Of a stretch of DNA of 43,327 bases, positions 7,455 through 16,007 are shown piece after piece (positions within the stretch are counted from its first letter, which is position 1; every line of letters starts with the position of its first letter). The stretch spans positions 1 to 43,327 of the forward strand of contig JBBRES010000002.1 in the NCBI GenBank assembly GCA_038202665.1, written 5' to 3'. A program made the position numbers and the translations under genes. The notes beneath the pieces are model-generated. The model saw only the letters and a program-made list of their open reading frames with translations. It was not told the DNA's origin and did not search any database. The stretch is from Candidatus Kapaibacterium sp. GTDB taxonomy: Bacteria; Bacteroidota; Ignavibacteria; Kapaibacteriales; Kapaibacteriaceae.

Positions 7455-10411
7455 GAAACGGTACCCCAATGATCCTTTCTGCACATCTCTGCATAGGAAC
7501 AGTGTGAGCAAGCACTCGAAAGTGGCTTCACTGGATACCTACCGGAGCGTGCAATCTGAATGAATTCTTCCGCCTTCTTTTCTGCTGCCATTACATCTTC
7601 TCGAGAGAACCCGCGCCGAAAAACTTCGTCGGCCTCACGCATAGCGAGTCGGTTCCCAAACGTTTGATACAGTCCGGTATTGGGTTCCGCTTCGATCCCT
7701 GCCGCCTTCCATTGCGCTTGCACGCCAAGCATGTACAGCAACATTTGTGAATGCTCGCCGCGTTGCATCGAAGGCAATGTAGGCACGCTGGACTTGGTAG
7801 ACTTATAGTCTGTGATGCTGAAACGAACAACTGGCCCCTCGTGTAGCACATCGATTCTATCAATCCTACCCTTGACACGGATGCTCGTTTCACCGACAAG
7901 CACGTTGGTATCGATACCATACTCGAACAAGGCAGGCTGCGGCACATCCGGCAGCGCGTGTTCATACTCAACGAGAAGCCAACGAGCAAGCAGTCCTGTA
8001 GCAGCGTCTGTGCCACGAAACACACGGTGCTCCACTTCTTCATAGATGTGGTCTACTTCGTATCGTTTGGCAACCCGGTCGTAACACTGTAGGAGTCGCT
8101 CTTTCAGATCTTCAATCGCATAAGCCCGCAGATCTACTGGATGGTGAATGCGCTCTTCAAGACTTGCCGTGGAATCAAGGCCCTGTAGTTCTTCATAGAA
8201 CATGCGCACAACGCCATGCAACAGAGAACCGCGCTCTCTTCCCGAAAGACTCTCCTGCTCATCATCTGTTTGTGGAAGTCCGAGTGCGTAGCGAGCAAAG
8301 AAGTGATACGGGCATGCTGCAACGATGTCGAGTCTGCTTGGAGAAACGTATGGTTCTACAGATTCTATCAACTGCCGCATCTCGTCTTCGTTGAGTGCAT
8401 GCACAACATCTCCCTGTTGCTGCAGCGCAACATCATGCACGGGCACTTCCGTGCGAAGCATGCGTTCTCTCGTACTAAGCACGACGTCTGCATCGAGAAT
8501 GGCAACGTCTTCGCTTTGCACCGACTCACGGTCGTCTAGGAACTGCGACGGCATCGTATCGGCGCCATCAATCTTGAGAGGGAAGGTGGCAAGGAGCAGG
8601 GCGTCTTCCGTGTCCGCAACGCATGCACGTATGTCGAACAGATCTTCAAGTCCGAGCTCAAGGAGCTCATCCGGTGGAAGTCCATCGTCTGCATCGCGTG
8701 GCATTCGAGGGAACTCACCTTCAACACAGCCGAGCATCACAACGAGCTTCCAGGAACGTCCGCGGAGCATGTCGGCAGACGTTGCGAGTGTTACGCCTTG
8801 CAGACGTACGTCGTCGACGCCAACCGTTGTCTCGCGCACGATTCGCCTGAATTCACTTCCATGATCAAGCACCGACATTGGCGGCGCCCCCGCGACTACT
8901 GTCATGCGTTCATATCGTTGAAGCGCGTCGTTCATGGCTTCAACAGCCGCACGATCTGCCGTTGGGAGCATTCGTTCATCTGCTCGGTGTGCACGCGCTA
9001 TGGCCACTTCTTGAATGCCGAGGTCGCGCAGGATTTGGTCTTGGACGATCGACCGAAATGCAGTTGCCGACATCACACCTTGTGGCACCAGGCAGCGCTC
9101 TCGTAACCACTGCACGGCTCTGCGGGCTGCATCGAGCAATGCACGTTCACGCAGAATATCGCGATCGTTGCGTTCCTCTGCTGGCATAGCGTCTATCGTT
9201 GCACGCCGACGTTCAATGCGCTGTAACCATTCGTCCGGACCTTCTCCACCATGAATACGAAGACGTGCAGATACCTGTAGGACAGACATCACATCCAGTC
9301 CTTCGCTACTTCGCACAAATCCACTTCGAAGCAAACGCTCCACGTCGGCTCGGCGCCAACCATTGCCCATCATGTCGAGTGCTGCAACCACTGCGCTGCT
9401 CACTCCGCATTGCGCCAATCGCATTCGCTCTTTCGTAGACAGGGCGACGGATGCCTCCATCGCCACATCGCGAACGACGTCGTCATACGCAACATTGCCG
9501 GGCGCAACAATGCAGATATCATCAAGCGAATGTGTCCCTGCTACAAGTCCGCGCTTGGCCAATGTTAACGCAGCACGAACCTCTGCATGCCGATCTCGCG
9601 TTGCCCGTACCACCTCACGCAAGGGAGTTGCGCGTTGTGATGGTACATGTTCATACGACCACCCGCGAAGCACGAATTCGGAAATGTGTTCAAAATTTCT
9701 TGTGCGCTCCATCACATCCTCAGGTGCGCGCAACCATTGAACACCTACATGGACGTGCGATGCGAGTGCGAGCAAGAAAGCGCGCTCTGTTGCAGGAATC
9801 ACATGAACGCCTGTAACAACAATTCCTTGGATTGGCGTTTCATCACCCGGCAATACAAAGGGCACGTTGGCATCTGCGTTCAGGAGCGCCTCTGCGAGTG
9901 ATGTGCTTACATCAACGTGGTCCAGCAACTCGCCACCCTTCCACCGTTCATACGTATCCCATACATCTAGAATGCGCGCTGTGCGTCGCGGCAACGTTCG
10001 CTCTTCATCCGCCATTGCTCGAATGTCTGTAGCAAGCGTGCCTTCTGCTTTCCATTGCAACACGTCTGCAGACGAAAGTCCAAGTGCGGCCGATGTCACC
10101 CCGTTGGCGATAGCGGCTTGTCGGAGGAGAATGCTTGCGTCTGATGCAGACAGTAATGAGTGTTCAGGAAGGTAGAGGGAGGCAAGGCGGCGCATCAGAT
10201 TCGACATCGTGAAGACGCGCGGCGGAAGACCGGCACCAATCGCTCGCATCCACATGGCCGTGGCCGATCGCACGTGCGTAGATGTGGGAACAACGAGGAT
10301 GATCGAACGTGGCGGAAAAACAGCACAGGCTTGGATCGTAGACTCGAGCGTGGTTGCAAGACACGCTTGACGTAACGGTGAATCCTCTGTGCTGATGGTA
10401 GATCCGGGCAT
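7451..10411 (-). CDS. AddB/RexB-like protein: inactivated helicase-like N-terminus plus a PD-(D/E)XK nuclease with a Fe-S cysteine set
   Basis: In this 986-aa protein I see no GxxxxGK[ST] Walker A. The C-terminus has the RecB-type nuclease motif GRIDRID...ITDYKS, bracketed by one cysteine (CPYHFFARYALG) and three cysteines (CSHCSYAEMC), as in the AddB iron-staple nuclease domain. Confidence 0.78.
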   Translation of the reverse strand: MPGSTISTEDSPLRQACLATTLESTIQACAVFPPRSIILVVPTSTHVRSATAMWMRAIGAGLPPRVFTMSNLMRRLASLYLPEHSLLSASDASILLRQAAIANGVTSAALGLSSADVLQWKAEGTLATDIRAMADEERTLPRRTARILDVWDTYERWKGGELLDHVDVSTSLAEALLNADANVPFVLPGDETPIQGIVVTGVHVIPATERAFLLALASHVHVGVQWLRAPEDVMERTRNFEHISEFVLRGWSYEHVPSQRATPLREVVRATRDRHAEVRAALTLAKRGLVAGTHSLDDICIVAPGNVAYDDVVRDVAMEASVALSTKERMRLAQCGVSSAVVAALDMMGNGWRRADVERLLRSGFVRSSEGLDVMSVLQVSARLRIHGGEGPDEWLQRIERRRATIDAMPAEERNDRDILRERALLDAARRAVQWLRERCLVPQGVMSATAFRSIVQDQILRDLGIQEVAIARAHRADERMLPTADRAAVEAMNDALQRYERMTVVAGAPPMSVLDHGSEFRRIVRETTVGVDDVRLQGVTLATSADMLRGRSWKLVVMLGCVEGEFPRMPRDADDGLPPDELLELGLEDLFDIRACVADTEDALLLATFPLKIDGADTMPSQFLDDRESVQSEDVAILDADVVLSTRERMLRTEVPVHDVALQQQGDVVHALNEDEMRQLIESVEPYVSPSRLDIVAACPYHFFARYALGLPQTDDEQESLSGRERGSLLHGVVRMFYEELQGLDSTASLEERIHHPVDLRAYAIEDLKERLLQCYDRVAKRYEVDHIYEEVEHRVFRGTDAATGLLARWLLVEYEHALPDVPQPALFEYGIDTNVLVGETSIRVKGRIDRIDVLHEGPVVRFSITDYKSTKSSVPTLPSMQRGEHSQMLLYMLGVQAQWKAAGIEAEPNTGLYQTFGNRLAMREADEVFRRGFSREDVMAAEKKAEEFIQIARSGRYPVKPLSSACSHCSYAEMCRKDHWGTVS

Positions 10412-10472
10412 GCTGTGGGCGCTTCGTGGTTGGCTGTGTAATTTGCCGTCGAAAACCAGTGAGTCTTGTCAG

Positions 10473-11123
10473 ATGACCAAACATACGGTATCCCTCTTGC
10501 TTTGTATCATGACGTTCGTCATGATTGGATGCAGTGCGGGTCAGCCCATTCGAATTCTGAGGGATAGCGAGACCGTCATCACCGGAAGTGTGGGAGGTCC
10601 GGTGGTCCCATCAAAGGTCCCGACGCTCGTCGTTCCTTACATTACGGCCGGCATCATGCATGGTCTCTCGGAGAACATCACTGTCCACGCCAATCTCCAT
10701 GCGTTACTCTCTGCCTTTGCTGTTGCAGGCATCGATGTTGGCGCGTCAACACGTCTTGTGCATGAACAAGGTGTTGTACCGGAGATCACAGCAACGGCAC
10801 GACTCTTGATGTTCTCGGATTTTCGAAGTTTTGCTTCATCGCGCGTCTATCCCGACGTATCCGTGACGGCCAGTTATGAAGTGACCAGTGGTTGGCTCGT
10901 ATATGGCGGACTCCACAACACATTCCAATTCACAGCGCCGAGCTATCTGGTGAGTCCGTACGTTGGCTCTCTCATTCCGCTTTCTGATCGGTTCTCTTTG
11001 CAGGCCGAATTTGTTTGGCAGGCAGCGAATGCAGATACCCATTCGGGTGTGTTTGAGGGTCGGTCCAGCATAGGCGGACACGGCTCTGCGGGCCTCTTCC
11101 TCGGAGGAGCCTACACACTATGA
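10473..11123 (+). CDS. Hypothetical lipoprotein, possibly a small beta-rich envelope protein
   Basis: The internal ATG at 10473 gives MTKHTVSLLLCIMTFVMIGCSAGQ, a signal peptide plus lipobox. The remainder has alternating hydrophobic, beta-like composition and no recognisable catalytic motif. Confidence 0.55.
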   Translation: MTKHTVSLLLCIMTFVMIGCSAGQPIRILRDSETVITGSVGGPVVPSKVPTLVVPYITAGIMHGLSENITVHANLHALLSAFAVAGIDVGASTRLVHEQGVVPEITATARLLMFSDFRSFASSRVYPDVSVTASYEVTSGWLVYGGLHNTFQFTAPSYLVSPYVGSLIPLSDRFSLQAEFVWQAANADTHSGVFEGRSSIGGHGSAGLFLGGAYTL

Positions 11124-11953
11124 TCAGACTTCTCCTTGGCCTTGCCACCCTCGCTACCCTCGCATTGCTTGCGTCGTGTACTCTTGATCCATTCTTGTTC
11201 AACAGCACTGCGCTGGACCACTACACGCTACCCGACAGTGTGATTCCCGAAAAGCAGCGCGAGCACGTGCAGCTTGTTGTGGATGGCGTGACCATCCATG
11301 GATTTTTTGTGAAGCAAGTAGACTCACTGCATGGCGACCCGTCGTACACGATTGTTTATCATCACGGGAACAAGGATCATCTCGAGTACTATTGGCCGCG
11401 CGTCGAACTCTTCTATAAGGCCGGGTTCAATGTGTTTGTGTATGATTACAACGGCTTTGGCATGAGTGGTGGGACCAGCACAGAAACATCGCTCTATGCA
11501 AATGCTCGTGCGGCATGGGACTATGTGTTTCGGCGCAAGGACGTAGACACTACCCTTATCACGAACTACGGATACTCTCTTGGAGGCGCGGCAGCAGTGG
11601 ACGTGTCAACACAATACCACGTGCCACATGCGTTGATTCTTGAAGCTCCATTTGCCTCCTCTGAGTCGCTCGTGCAAAGCGGGACGGTTTTACATATTCC
11701 GGGCAGCTATCTGATGGACGGCGCATTCGCGAACGATGCGAAAATTGGCATGAACACCGCACCACTGCTGATCATCCACGGCACGGACGACCTCTTCATA
11801 CCCATAGATCGCAACGGTCGTGTCTTGTTCGACCGAGCGCGGAACCCAAAATCGTTTCGCGTTGTTTTGGGTGCTGGACACGAAAACATTCCCGCGGTCA
11901 TGGAAGAGCAGAACTACATCGATTTGATCACGGCATTTATCAAAGGAAGCTGA
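11120..11953 (+). CDS. Alpha/beta-fold hydrolase lipoprotein
   Basis: Signal/lipobox LALLASC, oxyanion-type HHGN, nucleophile elbow GYSLGG, and later IHGTDD and GAGHE, consistent with a Ser-Asp-His triad. The ATG overlaps the upstream stop (ATGA at 11120..11123). Confidence 0.75.
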   Translation: MIRLLLGLATLATLALLASCTLDPFLFNSTALDHYTLPDSVIPEKQREHVQLVVDGVTIHGFFVKQVDSLHGDPSYTIVYHHGNKDHLEYYWPRVELFYKAGFNVFVYDYNGFGMSGGTSTETSLYANARAAWDYVFRRKDVDTTLITNYGYSLGGAAAVDVSTQYHVPHALILEAPFASSESLVQSGTVLHIPGSYLMDGAFANDAKIGMNTAPLLIIHGTDDLFIPIDRNGRVLFDRARNPKSFRVVLGAGHENIPAVMEEQNYIDLITAFIKGS

Positions 11954-11954
11954 C

Positions 11955-12542
11955 GTGTTCACTGGACTCATCGAAGAAGTTGGAACGATTCGCGCCATCG
12001 AACCAATTGGAGATGGCATACGCATCAGCATTGCAGCGCATACAATCATGGCGGACCTCGCCGTCGACCACAGCATTAGTGTGAACGGCGTGTGTTTAAC
12101 CGCAACGACCGTGCACGAAGAGTACTTCTCAGTTACTGCCGTGCATGAAACAATTGCAAAGACCACGACGGGTGCTTTGCGCGTTGGATCTTCGGTAAAT
12201 CTTGAACGTGCTGTGCGTGTGAGCGACCGACTCGGTGGACACATCGTGCAGGGTCATGTGGATTGCACGGGAACTGTCGACGCCATCACACACCTAGACG
12301 CTGGATGGGAACTCTGGGTGCGCTTTCCTCTCAACTACGCAAAATATCTGATCCCCGTTGGCTCTGTGTGTGTGAATGGAATATCACTCACCGTGGCACG
12401 GATTGATGATGATCGATTTATGGTAGCACTCATTCCGCATACCATTGAACACACCTCCATGAAGCACACAACCGTTGGCGACGCAGTCAATCTTGAATTC
12501 GATGTGCTCGCCAAATACATAGAAAGACTCTTGCACCCATGA
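11955..12542 (+). CDS. ribE: Riboflavin synthase (alpha chain)
   Basis: The hallmark N-terminus MFTGLIEEVGTI is present, with two lumazine-binding repeats (SISVNGVCLT / SVCVNGISLT). The GTG start is preceded by AAAGGAAG. Confidence 0.93.
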   Translation: MFTGLIEEVGTIRAIEPIGDGIRISIAAHTIMADLAVDHSISVNGVCLTATTVHEEYFSVTAVHETIAKTTTGALRVGSSVNLERAVRVSDRLGGHIVQGHVDCTGTVDAITHLDAGWELWVRFPLNYAKYLIPVGSVCVNGISLTVARIDDDRFMVALIPHTIEHTSMKHTTVGDAVNLEFDVLAKYIERLLHP

Positions 12543-14035
12543 TCACAACACTTGGCGAACTCCGCGCGTCCGGCTATGCAGACGGCACCATCAAGGACGA
12601 ACTCCGTCGCAACGTTATCGCTCGACTGCGCGCAAAGGAACCCATCTTTAAGGGCATCGTTGGTTTTGACGATTCGGTGATTCCACAGATCGTCAATGCG
12701 ATTTTGGCGGGTCACGACATGCTCCTGCTTGGACTACGCGGACAAGCAAAGACGCGCATCGCACGTCAACTCACCTCTCTCCTCGACGAACAGATACCCG
12801 TGATCAAGGGCTCTGAAGTGAATGACCATCCTTTCCACCCCGTCTCCTACCAAGCCACGCAGCTTGTGGCCGAGATGGGCGACAACACACCAATCGAGTG
12901 GATTGGACGCGACGAACGCTACGGTGAAAAACTAGCCACACCCGACGTGTCGGTGGCAGACTTGATTGGCGACATAGACCCCATCAAAGCCGCCACACAA
13001 CGTCTCCACTATGCCCACGAAGGTGCCATTCACTTTGGTCTTGTACCGCGTACCAATCGTGGCATTGTGGTGATCAACGAGTTGCCCGATCTGCAACCGA
13101 GAATTCAAGTTGCACTCTTCAACATTTTGCAAGAGCGCGACATTCAGATCCGTGGTTTCAACGTGCGCATTCCGCTCGACATTCTCATGGTGTTCACGGC
13201 AAACCCAGAAGACTATACGAATCGCGGCTCGATCATCACTCCGCTCAAAGACCGCATTCAGTCGCAGATCTTAACGCACTACCCCGCGACCATCGAAGAA
13301 GGAATGGCCATCACTCGCCAAGAGTCGTGGATCCACCGATCATCAATGCCGGTGGTTCTTCCAACGTACCTTGAACAAATCGTCGAGAGCATTGCCTTCC
13401 TTGCGCGTGCGAGTGAATTTGTGGACCAATCAAGCGGTGTAAGCGCACGACTCACCATCTCGACCATCGAGAACATGATCTCGAATGCAGAGCGACGTGC
13501 CATCGTGAACAACGAAGCCAGTGTCGTTCCGCGCATCAGCGATATTACTCAGGCCATTACGGGCATTACTGGCAAAGTAGAGCTCGTGTTTGAAGGCGAG
13601 CAGGAAGGTCCGCAGAAGGTAGCAAGGGCCTTGATCGGCAAGGCGGTGCGCGAAGTGTTCCGTCTTTATCTCCCCGACCCAAACATCCGACGCGCTCAGA
13701 AAGGACAGCCGAAGTTAGAGGACCCGTATGCGCCGATCGTACGTTGGTTCGAACAAGGAAATGTTCTTTCAATCTCCGACAAAATGCCACTCTCCGAATT
13801 CTATGCAACTCTCATGCACGTTCCGGGACTCGCCCAAGTAGCGTCGGCATTTGGCTACAACGTGGATGATCAAGAGCAAATGGCAACGGCAATGGAGTTC
13901 GTCCTCGATGCGTTGCATCAACACTCAAAGATTGCAAAGGCAGATTCAACTGTGGGCACTACGTATAAAGATCTTGTTGGCTCCATCTTCACCCCGCCAT
14001 CGTTTGATATGGACGACGACGATATGCGGAACTAA
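12539..14035 (+). CDS. AAA+ ATPase of the Mg-chelatase subunit I (ChlI/BchI)-like group
   Basis: Walker-A-like LLGLRGQAKTR, Walker-B-like IVVINELPDL and sensor-like MVFTANPED, with length and organisation like non-photosynthetic ChlI-like ATPases. The ATG overlaps the ribE stop. Confidence 0.7.
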   Translation: MITTLGELRASGYADGTIKDELRRNVIARLRAKEPIFKGIVGFDDSVIPQIVNAILAGHDMLLLGLRGQAKTRIARQLTSLLDEQIPVIKGSEVNDHPFHPVSYQATQLVAEMGDNTPIEWIGRDERYGEKLATPDVSVADLIGDIDPIKAATQRLHYAHEGAIHFGLVPRTNRGIVVINELPDLQPRIQVALFNILQERDIQIRGFNVRIPLDILMVFTANPEDYTNRGSIITPLKDRIQSQILTHYPATIEEGMAITRQESWIHRSSMPVVLPTYLEQIVESIAFLARASEFVDQSSGVSARLTISTIENMISNAERRAIVNNEASVVPRISDITQAITGITGKVELVFEGEQEGPQKVARALIGKAVREVFRLYLPDPNIRRAQKGQPKLEDPYAPIVRWFEQGNVLSISDKMPLSEFYATLMHVPGLAQVASAFGYNVDDQEQMATAMEFVLDALHQHSKIAKADSTVGTTYKDLVGSIFTPPSFDMDDDDMRN

Positions 14036-15592
14036 TCAATCCTCAAAGCCTGCTGGTACATACCGGGTACGTGGCAGTTGTGTTGCGCGCACGACGGTGT
14101 TGGAGATCAGGTGCGTAAGACCAACAAGGTCTGTGAAGTTGATGAGTTTGATCTCGTCGCTTACTTTGTGATAGTCCTTGTGCTCTCCGGTAAAGTAGAA
14201 GAGCACAGGGATCCGTTTCATTGCAAAGGAAGCTTGATCGCTTCGAAAGAAGTATTGTTCAATGTCGTAGGCAAGCGTATAGGGAGCGGCTAAGGCGGCA
14301 TTCTCTTCTTCGTTGATTCGGATGAGGTCCGGACACTTCTTATCTCCGCCGATGCTCACCTTATTGTTCTCGCACCTGCCAATCATGTCGACGTTGATCA
14401 TCGCAACACACTTCTCCAGCGGCAATGCTGGATTCGCTGCATAGGCCTTCGATCCAAGCAATCCTTTCTCTTCTGCACTAAACGCAATAAAGAGGATACT
14501 GCGGGCGGGACGTTGCTTCAAGGAAGCGAAGTTCTCTGCACACATGAGGATGGATGTGGTACCCGAAGCGTTGTCATCCGCCCCATTGAAGATCGAATCG
14601 CCTTCTGCGTTTGCCTTGCCAACACCAACATGGTCGTAATGTGCGCCCATCACAACGTATTCGTCAGGCACTGATGATCCTGGCAGATAGCCCACCACAT
14701 TATTCACCGTGATGTGCTCATGCGTGAGAGCCACAGTTGCCGACACACGTGCATCCAACGGGGCGCTCAACGGCCGCACAAGTGAGTCGATCAACAACAC
14801 CTTTGCACGAAGGCTATCCGAACTTCCAAACAACGCTGCAATCGTTCTCTCGCCAACATGAAACACCGGTATGCGAGGTGCCTTGTTGTTGGGTAGTGTG
14901 AGTGGAACGGCATCTGCTGGAAGATTTGGATAGAGCAACGGCCATGGAAACCCGGTGATGAACATCTTTCGATCTCCACGTGGCGCATCGACTACCAACA
15001 CCGCAATAGCACCGTGCGCGATAGCATTGCGAGTCTTCTCTGTAACACCGCTATAACGCGTGTACTGCGGTCCGGCAAAGCCTTGAGCAGTATCAATTGT
15101 ATTCGGTTCGCCGCGCATCACAAGTACAACAGCGTTGCGCACATCCAAACCAGCATAATCGTCGTATCGATACTCTGGCGCCGTGATTCCGAATCCTGCA
15201 AAGACGACGGGCGCGGCATCGATTGTACCATCTCCGGTTTGATCAAACGGAATAAAGTCTGTCTTCACCGCGAGCGTTGTGATCACCTCGCCGTTGCGAA
15301 CACTCAGCGATGCGCCAGGTGCAAGGTTGGACCGTAGCACTTCGTACGGTTTGAGATACGAGCCATTCAATGGCTTCAAACCGTATGATTTGAATTGCTT
15401 GACAATGTAGTTCGCAGCGAGTTCGAGCTCTGCAGACGGAGTATTACGTCCGCGCATTTCGTCACTAGCGAGATACTCCAGGTGCTTGCGCGCTGTAACC
15501 GTGTCGATGCCGCGGCTGTGAAGGAGGCATGGAGCGAGGAACGAAAGGACTAGTAGGTACGAAGAGATGCGTGCGAAGCGACGTGTGTTCAT
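14036..15592 (-). CDS. Secreted M28-family metallo-aminopeptidase with a PA-domain insertion
   Basis: Signal peptide MNTRRFARISSYLLVLSFLAPCLL; zinc-ligand context HYDHVG, GADDNASG, FSAEEKGLLGS, NVDMIG and DYHKVSD. Confidence 0.88.
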   Translation of the reverse strand: MNTRRFARISSYLLVLSFLAPCLLHSRGIDTVTARKHLEYLASDEMRGRNTPSAELELAANYIVKQFKSYGLKPLNGSYLKPYEVLRSNLAPGASLSVRNGEVITTLAVKTDFIPFDQTGDGTIDAAPVVFAGFGITAPEYRYDDYAGLDVRNAVVLVMRGEPNTIDTAQGFAGPQYTRYSGVTEKTRNAIAHGAIAVLVVDAPRGDRKMFITGFPWPLLYPNLPADAVPLTLPNNKAPRIPVFHVGERTIAALFGSSDSLRAKVLLIDSLVRPLSAPLDARVSATVALTHEHITVNNVVGYLPGSSVPDEYVVMGAHYDHVGVGKANAEGDSIFNGADDNASGTTSILMCAENFASLKQRPARSILFIAFSAEEKGLLGSKAYAANPALPLEKCVAMINVDMIGRCENNKVSIGGDKKCPDLIRINEEENAALAAPYTLAYDIEQYFFRSDQASFAMKRIPVLFYFTGEHKDYHKVSDEIKLINFTDLVGLTHLISNTVVRATQLPRTRYVPAGFED

Positions 15593-16005
15593 GCAAAGAA
15601 GAATTTGATCAGGACGGTCATGCCTGACGCTGTTGGAAAAAACTCGACAACATCTGCCAAGTGCTTGATGAGGAATACTCCCCTTCCACCATCGCGCAGT
15701 AACAGATCGGGCTGACGCGGATCTGGTACATCGTCGGGGTTGAAGCCGCTCCCCGAGTCGATCACGAGAAAGATTACCTCCGATGCAGAGGTCCGCACTT
15801 GCAATTCGACCATCTTCGACGGATCTGCGCCGTTGCCATGTATGATGGCATTGTTCACTGCTTCTGTGAGCGCAACGAGCATGTTATAGTAGCGCTGATC
15901 GTCGAGCATCCGCACGCTCTCGATACTGGCTACGAACGGCTCTACGGCCACGATGCTCGATCGGTCGCTTGGAAGCGTCAATGAATATGTTTTCACGTCC
16001 GGCAT
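15589..16005 (-). CDS. RsbW/SpoIIAB-like anti-sigma-factor serine kinase (single HATPase_c domain)
   Basis: N-box EAVNNAIIHGN, G1 box DSGSGF and GGRGVFLIKHL. The ATG at 16005 lies 2 nt after the upstream TGA; the ORF-track start at 16011 is a TTG. The stop overlaps the M28 ATG (ATGA at 15589..15592). Confidence 0.8.
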   Translation of the reverse strand: MPDVKTYSLTLPSDRSSIVAVEPFVASIESVRMLDDQRYYNMLVALTEAVNNAIIHGNGADPSKMVELQVRTSASEVIFLVIDSGSGFNPDDVPDPRQPDLLLRDGGRGVFLIKHLADVVEFFPTASGMTVLIKFFFA

Positions 16006-16007
16006 GA

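Noticed and set aside
11900-11960. An FMN riboswitch upstream of ribE, and T-box leaders upstream of trpS and cysS.
   Set aside because: ribE starts 1 nt after the preceding stop. The trpS and cysS upstream gaps (81 and 112 nt) are too short for a T-box, and no specifier/T-box-like sequence is visible.
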